NCBI GenBank assembly: GCA_965230895.1
Contig: OZ246394.1
Span: forward strand, 1,185,887-1,249,886
Source of the DNA: an uncultured Gammaproteobacteria bacterium
GTDB lineage: Bacteria > Patescibacteriota > Microgenomatia > Levybacterales > UBA12049
Length of the DNA: 64,000 nucleotides
Direction of reading: 5' to 3'
Shown here: one piece after another, positions 39,613-46,637 of the stretch
How the letters are laid out: every line of letters begins with the position of its first letter
Numbering within the stretch: the stretch's first letter is position 1
Made by a program: the position numbers and the translations under genes
The notes under the pieces: model-generated
The model's input: the letters and a program-made list of their open reading frames with translations, nothing else
The model's database searches: none
What the model was told of the DNA's origin: nothing

Positions 39613-40527
39613 CTATTTTAAGGTTAGCAACTTTATCAACTTTTTTCCATTCCCAGTATTGATGTCTTTTTCTATATCATCACTTACAACTTCCCAAATA
39701 TCATTCCAAAATGGATAATCTTGATGGAGAGTAACATTAAATCCGTATCCTTTAAGATCATCTCCAAATATAGCAAATCCATGATCAGGAAATCCATAAA
39801 TTAGGTAAGAAATGAGTAAATTACGGTATTTCTCACTTGTATTCTTTAAACTGTATTTTTCTAAAAATTCTGTTCCATATTTTTCGGCAACATCAAGTAC
39901 TCTATTACATCTGCTTAAATCCGTCGGATCTAACTGCGAAACGATTGGATGAAAAAGTTTTACAGAATTATCATAAGCAATTTTCATTGACTCTTTGACT
40001 GAAATAGTATTACCAGAATCTAATCTTATTTTCTTATAAAATTGTGAACTAGCAGAAGCAACAACTCCAACGATATAACTTGTCGGATTGGTAATATCCA
40101 AAGCTGAGATTGATTTTTCTTTATTCGGATGTTTTATTTGCATATCTAAAGGACCTAGTTGAGAGAGATCAGACATCACAAGCTCGTTTCCACCAATTGC
40201 AATTAAAGTCCCTGCACTTTTTGCCCAAAACGGAACTACGACAGTTACAAAATCAAATTTTTTGTGGAGCATATTAACGATCGTAGCGGCAGTATAAGGA
40301 TTCCCTCCTGTCGTATGAAGAACTAAATGAATTCTATTTTTGCCTTCAGCTATTTTTACTTTCTGTAGCTCTGTCTGAATTGCAAGAGTATCTGCAGTAT
40401 TCATAGAGTCAGATTGTGATGTAAGGTATAAGAGGAAATGATCCGTAACTTTTTCTTCTACTTTTTGAGAATCCTGTACATCTTCTTTGCCAGTGTTTTT
40501 AGATACAGCCATGGCTGAATTATACAC
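39613..40527 (-). CDS. ClpP/crotonase-fold serine protease (SDH / NfeD-like family)
   Basis: HTTGGNPYTA and WAKSAGTLIAIGG resemble the ClpP-type Ser/oxyanion segments. Confidence 0.55.
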   Translation of the reverse strand: MYNSAMAVSKNTGKEDVQDSQKVEEKVTDHFLLYLTSQSDSMNTADTLAIQTELQKVKIAEGKNRIHLVLHTTGGNPYTAATIVNMLHKKFDFVTVVVPFWAKSAGTLIAIGGNELVMSDLSQLGPLDMQIKHPNKEKSISALDITNPTSYIVGVVASASSQFYKKIRLDSGNTISVKESMKIAYDNSVKLFHPIVSQLDPTDLSRCNRVLDVAEKYGTEFLEKYSLKNTSEKYRNLLISYLIYGFPDHGFAIFGDDLKGYGFNVTLHQDYPFWNDIWEVVSDDIEKDINTGNGKKLIKLLTLK

Positions 40528-40566
40528 ACTATAAAAATAAATCTCAATGTAGAGCTTTCTTGATTA

Positions 40567-40896
40567 TTAAACTTGTGCAGTGAAGAGGTTAATTATTGAG
40601 AGAAGTACTCCAAACAATAGCGCCCAACCGAAATTATCGATCGTAAATCCTGGGACAATTGAACTAGCAAGAAGAACGACTAACGCATTAATCACAATCG
40701 TAAAAAGCCCCAGCGTTACAATTGTTAACGGTAACGTTAAAAGCAAAAGTAATGGCTTTACTAATACATTTAAAATACCGAGGACCACGGCAAAGACCAA
40801 TGCTGCGAAGAAATTATCGACATGCACCCCAGGAAGAAGATATGCTGCGATGAGAACAACAATTGCGCTGAGAAACCATCCAATTATGATATTCAT
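40567..40896 (-). CDS. DUF360 / phage-holin-4-like small membrane protein
   Basis: 109 aa; AAYLLPGVHVDNFFAALVFAVVLGILNVLVKP...TLGLFTIVINALVVLLAS pattern of YvlD/holin family 4. Confidence 0.5.
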   Translation of the reverse strand: MNIIIGWFLSAIVVLIAAYLLPGVHVDNFFAALVFAVVLGILNVLVKPLLLLLTLPLTIVTLGLFTIVINALVVLLASSIVPGFTIDNFGWALLFGVLLSIINLFTAQV

Positions 40897-40932
40897 GAAC
40901 CAATTATAATCTCTGCCAAATCGCTTTGCAAA

Positions 40933-41631
40933 TCACTCACCATGTGCAAAAGTGACTCCCCAGACATGTCTCACACCTGCCCTTTTGACTGTATTGGCAG
41001 CCTCTTTCAATGTCGCTCCTGATGTTACTACGTCATCCACAAGAAAAACTTGCGGATATTCTTTCATAATTCTTTCAAACTCTGCCTTTACCCTAAAAGC
41101 ACCTTTTATATTTTCCTGCCGTAATTCTTTGGACAACCCAACCTGTGTCTTCGTCTCTTTTACCCTTTCGAGACAATCAATAACTGGGATACCAAATCGC
41201 TCCGCAATACCTTTTGCCAGAAGATATGATTGATTGTATCCGCGTTTTCTTAATTTTTTCTTATGTAATGGTATTGGTACTAGAACACTTTTTATGTAGA
41301 GTAATGGATAAAATAATTCTTTTTGGATAACTCCTTCGCAAAGCAACTCCGAAATCATTTTCTGCATATCAGTTAAATATGGTGAATACTTAAAACTAAA
41401 GACAATCTTTTTGACAACGCCCTTATACACAACACTTGGGAAAACTCCATCAATGCTATATTTCGTTTTGCATACAGGATGCGTTAGACCATCCAAAGAT
41501 TCTCTTTGACATAATACGCAAACCATATTGTCAGTAAATGAAATATACGATAAACAGTTCGAACACAGATATCCACCAGAGGCTTTACATTGGATGCAAT
41601 GTTTGGGGAAAAGAAAATCAAAGAGTAACAC
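40933..41631 (-). CDS. comF: competence protein ComF (ComFC) family, zinc-finger + PRTase domain
   Basis: N-terminal CxxC...CxxC zinc finger; C-terminal PRTase motif VFLVDDVVTSGATL. Confidence 0.8.
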   Translation of the reverse strand: MLLFDFLFPKHCIQCKASGGYLCSNCLSYISFTDNMVCVLCQRESLDGLTHPVCKTKYSIDGVFPSVVYKGVVKKIVFSFKYSPYLTDMQKMISELLCEGVIQKELFYPLLYIKSVLVPIPLHKKKLRKRGYNQSYLLAKGIAERFGIPVIDCLERVKETKTQVGLSKELRQENIKGAFRVKAEFERIMKEYPQVFLVDDVVTSGATLKEAANTVKRAGVRHVWGVTFAHGE

Positions 41632-41673
41632 AATAAAATTGTATTACTAAAATAGAATTTTGTCTACCAAATG

Positions 41674-41760
41674 CGGAGGGAACAGGATTCGAACCTGCGG
41701 TAGGTGTAACCCCACGACTCCTTAGCAAGGAGTTACCATAAACCACTCGGACATCCCTCC
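41674..41760 (-). tRNA. tRNA-Ser (anticodon GCU), type II
   Basis: Manual fold: acceptor GGAGGGA/TCCCTCC, anticodon arm ACTCC-TTGCTAA-GGAGT, long variable arm, T-loop TTCGAAT; no encoded CCA. Confidence 0.8.
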
Positions 41761-41781
41761 TCGTAAGAATGAACTCTTTTG

Positions 41782-41868
41782 CGGAGGAGATGAGATTCGA
41801 ACTCATGGACCCTTTGACAGGTCGGAGGTTTAGTAAACCTCTGCACTCGGCCACTATGCGACTCCTCC
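41782..41868 (-). tRNA. type II Ser-like tRNA with anomalous anticodon loop UUACUAA (apparent anticodon ACU)
   Basis: Manual fold: acceptor GGAGGAG/CTCCTCC, discriminator G, D-arm almost identical to the Ser(UGA) gene, anticodon arm GAGGT-TTACTAA-ACCTC. Confidence 0.55.
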
Positions 41869-41887
41869 TCGTGCATTTACGATAATG

Positions 41888-41974
41888 CGGAGAGAGTGGG
41901 ATTCGAACCCACGGAAGGCTTGCACCCTCAGATGTTTTCAAGACATCCGCACTCGACCACTATGCGATCTCTCC
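41888..41974 (-). tRNA. tRNA-Ser (anticodon UGA), type II
   Basis: Acceptor GGAGAGA/TCTCTCC, anticodon arm GATGT-CTTGAAA-ACATC, long variable arm, T-loop TTCGAAT. Confidence 0.8.
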
Positions 41975-42056
41975 GTAAATTAACGCTTTATATAAACGTC
42001 GTCTGCCTATTATAGCATTTCTTGACTTCCTTTTTCTAATCAGTTAGAGTGAAAAT

Positions 42057-42617
42057 ATGCCTACTGCCCAAGAAAAAACCAAAGATCCTCAAAAAAATGA
42101 CGAGGAATTTTATGAGGAACATAATGTAAAAACGTTTATGTCCTGGCATGCTCCGGGAAGACCGTACAGAAAACGGTCCAGAGAATATTACATTAATAGT
42201 TTTCTCATAACTATGGCTCTGGAAATAATCCTTTTTCTCTTCTCACAATATCTTCTTATGCTCGTCGTTTTCTCTCTTGCGTTCCTCGCTTTTGCTTTGG
42301 CAATTGTTCCACCGCATAAATTTTATTACAGCATCAGCTCCGAAGGCATTCGAGTTGAAGATAATTATTTTATTTGGGAAGAACTTTACGACTTCTATTT
42401 TATGGAACGACAAGGCGTAGATGTACTCCACGTTCGAACAAAAGCATATTTCCCAGGAGAACTCACCATAGTTTTAGGTGATCTTCCTGTAGAACAGGTA
42501 CGAAAAGTCCTTCTTATGTTTCTTCCTTTCCGGGAATATGTCGAGCCGACATTTATGGAAAAAGCTGGCGATTGGTTAGAAAGAAATTTTCCACTGGAAC
42601 GATCTCCACAGCAATAA
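42057..42617 (+). CDS. membrane protein with two TM + bPH_2-like domain, paralog 3 (hypothetical)
   Basis: 186 aa; same architecture as 7936 and 35502 proteins; sits between two tRNA clusters. Confidence 0.4.
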   Translation: MPTAQEKTKDPQKNDEEFYEEHNVKTFMSWHAPGRPYRKRSREYYINSFLITMALEIILFLFSQYLLMLVVFSLAFLAFALAIVPPHKFYYSISSEGIRVEDNYFIWEELYDFYFMERQGVDVLHVRTKAYFPGELTIVLGDLPVEQVRKVLLMFLPFREYVEPTFMEKAGDWLERNFPLERSPQQ

Positions 42618-42670
42618 ATTCCATATCAGTTGCCTCGAAAACCTGTTTAAGGTAAAATACACTTTATTAT

Positions 42671-42744
42671 GCACCCGTAGCTCAGCTGGATAGAGCGCAA
42701 CATTGCGGATGTTGAGGTCGGAAGTTCGAATCTTCTCGGGTGTA
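42671..42744 (+). tRNA. tRNA-Arg-like (anticodon GCG)
   Basis: Sequence closely resembles bacterial tRNA-Arg (GCACCCGTAGCTCAGCTGGATAGAGC...); anticodon arm CAACA-TTGCGGA-TGTTG; G1:U72; discriminator A. Confidence 0.65.
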
Positions 42745-42755
42745 CTCAAATGGTT

Positions 42756-42845
42756 GGAGGGATCGCATAGTGGTCGAGTGCGGCGGTTTCGAAAACCGCT
42801 GTTCCGATTTTTTCGGAACCGAGGGTTCGAATCCCTCTCCCTCCG
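42756..42845 (+). tRNA. tRNA-Ser (anticodon CGA), type II
   Basis: Acceptor GGAGGGA/TCCCTCC, anticodon arm GCGGT-TTCGAAA-ACCGC, long variable arm. Confidence 0.8.
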
Positions 42846-42853
42846 CAACACGC

Positions 42854-43801
42854 TTATTTCTTCTTACTCGCTTTTCCAAATAACTGCAGTTCGAAGATAA
42901 AAGCGATCATAAGCGCAATTGCGGCAAGGACTATAACTTTAAAAAGACCTCTCGCAATTTTGTTCACATTCTTCTCTTCAAGCCGATGCATCAACGTACG
43001 AAGTCTTGCTCTCCACTCTTTCTTGTCGGTTTCACTCATATCTGATGTCTCGATATCCACTCGAGCCTTTTTTGCACGTTCTAGTGCGTCTTTTTGTGCA
43101 GGATCTTCTTCTTCATCTTCAGGAGCAACAGGAGTTTCAGGATCCTCTTCTTCAATAGATGGGACACCGTCTAAAAGCTCTGCTTTTTGTTCATCATTTA
43201 GTTTTGAATCCTGCAATAGTGACTCTCTATGCTCTTTTTTCAGTCCAGTCATTGCAGCTTTAACAGCTTGCATCTCTTCAGGAGTCAGCTGTTCTTTCCC
43301 TTTAATAAGCTTGTCGACAGCCAATCGTTGTTTTACAACTTCCTTATCTTCTTCGCTCAGATCAAGTTTATCGACGAGATCCTCAGGCTTAGAGGTAGGT
43401 TCTCCTTCTTCAGCTTCATCTGCAGAGAAATCGTCCTCAGGAGCAAGCACTTCACGAATCTTACCATCAGTCAGAGAGAGATCTTTCAATGATTGAGAAA
43501 AAGCCTCCCTGGCTTTTGCACTAACCGCTACATCTTGTTCATCTACCTCATCATTTTCATTCGAATCTGTAGCTTTAATAATTTCGTACACTTCGAGTTT
43601 TAATTCAGACTTATGCTCTTCCGAGATGTTTCCTTCTGCATCAATTGGAGTTTGTTTTACTTTCCACAAAAGCTCTTTTACATTTTCAGCAATATTTGCT
43701 GTAGCAAATGCATCTCGTCTTTCATGATCCGGGATCATGGCTTCATAGTGAGCTTGTTTTTCATGCTCGAGTTCTTGTTCGTGATTATCTCCTAATTCCA
43801 T
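42854..43801 (-). CDS. highly acidic coiled-coil protein with C-terminal TM anchor (hypothetical)
   Basis: 315 aa, E/D/K-rich; C-terminal LFKVIVLAAIALMIAFIF TM; SD-like AGGAAA upstream of the ATG. Confidence 0.5.
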   Translation of the reverse strand: MELGDNHEQELEHEKQAHYEAMIPDHERRDAFATANIAENVKELLWKVKQTPIDAEGNISEEHKSELKLEVYEIIKATDSNENDEVDEQDVAVSAKAREAFSQSLKDLSLTDGKIREVLAPEDDFSADEAEEGEPTSKPEDLVDKLDLSEEDKEVVKQRLAVDKLIKGKEQLTPEEMQAVKAAMTGLKKEHRESLLQDSKLNDEQKAELLDGVPSIEEEDPETPVAPEDEEEDPAQKDALERAKKARVDIETSDMSETDKKEWRARLRTLMHRLEEKNVNKIARGLFKVIVLAAIALMIAFIFELQLFGKASKKK

Positions 43802-43956
43802 ACATTTCCTTTCTTTATCCTCTATTATTTAGCCTGAATTGTCAAGTAGAACCTGACCTTGGCTTCATACGAAAGAATACGTTATAATTACAAAACGATT
43901 ATAGGAAAACTCTTCATTTTATACTTGATATTTTCCTTATAAAAAAATTACGATTT

Positions 43957-44043
43957 GGAGGAGTCGGATAGCGGTCTATTCCACACGCTTGGAAAGCGTG
44001 CGAGCGCAAGCTCACGCGGGTTCGAATCCCGCCTCCTCCGCCA
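43957..44043 (+). tRNA. tRNA-Ser (anticodon GGA), type II, CCA encoded
   Basis: Acceptor GGAGGAG/CTCCTCC, anticodon arm CACGC-TTGGAAA-GCGTG, long variable arm, 3' GCCA. Confidence 0.85.
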
Positions 44044-44108
44044 TCTATATTTTTGCTTCACTTTAAACACCAAACGGTACGGTTTGAAATTTTGTTATAA
44101 TTTAAGGA

Positions 44109-44552
44109 ATGCAAACTGATCGATTTCACCTTATTGGCGCCGTTTTTATTATTCTAGAAAAGGATGGTAAAGTCTTCCTCACTCGTAGACAAAATACAGG
44201 TTGGGAAGATGGTAAATATTCACTTACTGGTGGTCATTTAGACGGAGAAGAAACAGCAAAACAAGCAGCAATACGAGAAGCTAAAGAAGAATTAGGCGTT
44301 ACAATTGATCCAAACGATGTGCAGTTTGTGAACGTAAGTCATCTTATTACTAATAGTGAAAGAATCCACTTTACTTTTATTGCTAAGAGCTGGGAAGGGG
44401 AACCCCGAAATAATGAACCTGAGAAAGCTGACGATGGCCAATGGTTTGATATCGATAATTTACCTGAGAATATAATGGAAGTATCGAAGCAAACAATTAA
44501 TTGGTATAAAAATAATATCGTCTACACAGAATTCGGTTGGGATAATAAATAA
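44109..44552 (+). CDS. Nudix hydrolase
   Basis: Nudix box GGHLDGEETAKQAAIREAKEELGV. Confidence 0.8.
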   Translation: MQTDRFHLIGAVFIILEKDGKVFLTRRQNTGWEDGKYSLTGGHLDGEETAKQAAIREAKEELGVTIDPNDVQFVNVSHLITNSERIHFTFIAKSWEGEPRNNEPEKADDGQWFDIDNLPENIMEVSKQTINWYKNNIVYTEFGWDNK

Positions 44553-44627
44553 GTTCCAACATCGTCCCACTTGGCCCGCACCTCGGATACTATTGACATC
44601 GCAAGGTAAATCCATCACACTGAAATT

Positions 44628-46610
44628 ATGCGTAGTTCTGCCCTCGCTCGTTCGTTTGCGAAATTTTTCTTTTCTTTTATTCTTTCTGCCGGTGTAGGCC
44701 TTGCCTTCTTCTTCAGCTTCGCGAACTTTGCATCAGCACAGACTGTTACTCCAATCCCTACTGCAGTTACCCAGCCAGCTACCTATGATGAGTTCCGTAC
44801 ACCAAATGTGGATCCTGATGTCCCACGAAATCATCATACATATGTACAAGTTGTTGTTATTGATCTGCTATCAGCATTAATGTGCCAAATGATAGGTGTA
44901 GATCCTACATCTCCGACACAACAATGCTTAACCTTTAACCCTGTTACAAATAATTTAGGCTATGCAGACCAACAATTTGGACAGTCGTCCTCCCCACAAC
45001 TTGGAGGAGCAGTCGGAACCATGGCGACACTAATCGGTGGTATGTATACACCAACAGTCAGCTCTACACAATACATGAGTTATCTGTCTTCAAACTTCGG
45101 TATCGTTAAGACTGCAAATGCACAGGCACCAGCTGGAGGAGATTGTTCAAAGGATACTAATTTTGGATATGGATTCTGCGGATTACAGCCTATTTTTAAT
45201 TTATGGGTAGCAATGAGAGACTTCTCATATGCGCTACTGGTAATAGCCTTTATTTTCCTGGGTGTTGGTGTGATGCTGCGTTTTAAAGTCGACCCGAGGA
45301 CAGTAATGAATCTCCAGAACCAGATTCCAAGAGTCATTATCGCGATCCTTCTTATTACGTTTTCTTATGCGATTGCCGGTGGAATGGTTGACCTGATGTG
45401 GACGGTCACATACTCTGGCGTAAATATGATTGCAAGTACTACCCCCGATGCAAAAGTTAGAGAAGGTTGCGGCAACGAACCTGGGGACGGAGTTTCATTG
45501 ACAGAATCCGCCACAAATAACTTATTAGACAATCCTGTTAGTTTTGCGAATAGAATTTATTTACGTGATTGTAATGGCGTGGATAGCGGAATTGTAAATG
45601 TTTCAGGCCGCGTAACAGATGCATTCATTGCGCTGGCTATAAGCATCATCAAGGAGATCACTGGATGGAATATAGACAATCTTAATTGCGGCGTTATTAC
45701 AGGAAATATTGGTGATTGTCTTGTTGAAGCAGGACTATGGCTAACTGAGCTGATCATCACACTTATTATCTTGGTGACTATATTTATTGCTCTTTTCCGA
45801 CTATGGTTTGAACTTATAAAGGCTTATATTACCTTCTTTATTTTCGTAATTCTTGGTCCGATATGGATTGTGCTAGGACTTGTGCCGGGAAGACCTCTCG
45901 GCTTTGAGAAATGGTTCAGATTGATCTTTGCAAACCTTGCAGCGTTCCCACTTGTAGCTTTTATTCTTGTCTTCGCTCGAGTTGTTGTGGAGTCTGTACA
46001 AAAAGACCCAACAGTACCTGTTAATCCGACAGCAATCTTTGTTCCACCACTTGTAGGAAATCCTAATGCAAATGCATTCGGGGTACTCCTCGCTTTAGGG
46101 GCAATTCTTATCGCGCCAACCATCCCAGGCATGATCCGCGAAAGAATGAAGGTTGGACAAGGTAAGTTCGGTACGACAATTGCAGCAGGACTTGGTATTG
46201 CGACAGGAATTGCAGCAGCGCCTGCCACCAAGGCTTGGAAGAGTCTTAATAGAAGGAATTCAACAACAGGAGCTCCTGAGGGAACTTTGGCAGTATGGAA
46301 GCATCGAGCTGCCGGAAAGGTACCTGGTGTAAAAACCTTACGAGCACGAAATGCGGCAACAAGGCAACAATACGCTGCCGAGCAACAAGGACAAAATCTT
46401 TCAAGAAGAGAAGCACTCTTTAATACAGCAACAGAAGGTGGAGCAAGAAGACAACGTATTTTCGGAAGAGCAACTAATCAAGAACAACAAAGGATGTATA
46501 GCAAAACATCGGGAGAGGAGAGACAAAATCTTTTCAATCAAGCGTCATCCCAACAAAAGCAAAACCTTATCAACCAAGATCACGACGAGGCAAAGAAACA
46601 GAATAAATAA
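44628..46610 (+). CDS. polytopic membrane protein, putative T4SS VirB6/TrbL-like component
   Basis: Signal peptide, about 180-aa extracytoplasmic region, then about 6 TM helices and a C-terminal Q/N/R-rich hydrophilic tail. This is architecture only, with no sequence signature. Confidence 0.35.
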   Translation: MRSSALARSFAKFFFSFILSAGVGLAFFFSFANFASAQTVTPIPTAVTQPATYDEFRTPNVDPDVPRNHHTYVQVVVIDLLSALMCQMIGVDPTSPTQQCLTFNPVTNNLGYADQQFGQSSSPQLGGAVGTMATLIGGMYTPTVSSTQYMSYLSSNFGIVKTANAQAPAGGDCSKDTNFGYGFCGLQPIFNLWVAMRDFSYALLVIAFIFLGVGVMLRFKVDPRTVMNLQNQIPRVIIAILLITFSYAIAGGMVDLMWTVTYSGVNMIASTTPDAKVREGCGNEPGDGVSLTESATNNLLDNPVSFANRIYLRDCNGVDSGIVNVSGRVTDAFIALAISIIKEITGWNIDNLNCGVITGNIGDCLVEAGLWLTELIITLIILVTIFIALFRLWFELIKAYITFFIFVILGPIWIVLGLVPGRPLGFEKWFRLIFANLAAFPLVAFILVFARVVVESVQKDPTVPVNPTAIFVPPLVGNPNANAFGVLLALGAILIAPTIPGMIRERMKVGQGKFGTTIAAGLGIATGIAAAPATKAWKSLNRRNSTTGAPEGTLAVWKHRAAGKVPGVKTLRARNAATRQQYAAEQQGQNLSRREALFNTATEGGARRQRIFGRATNQEQQRMYSKTSGEERQNLFNQASSQQKQNLINQDHDEAKKQNK

Positions 46611-46637
46611 GAAGCCGAGAATATTAGAGAAGAAGAG

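Noticed and set aside
42576-42900. Three overlapping small ORFs (42576..42851, 42682..42879, 42703..42900)
   Set aside because: They lie across the tRNA-Arg and tRNA-Ser(CGA) genes and are artefacts.
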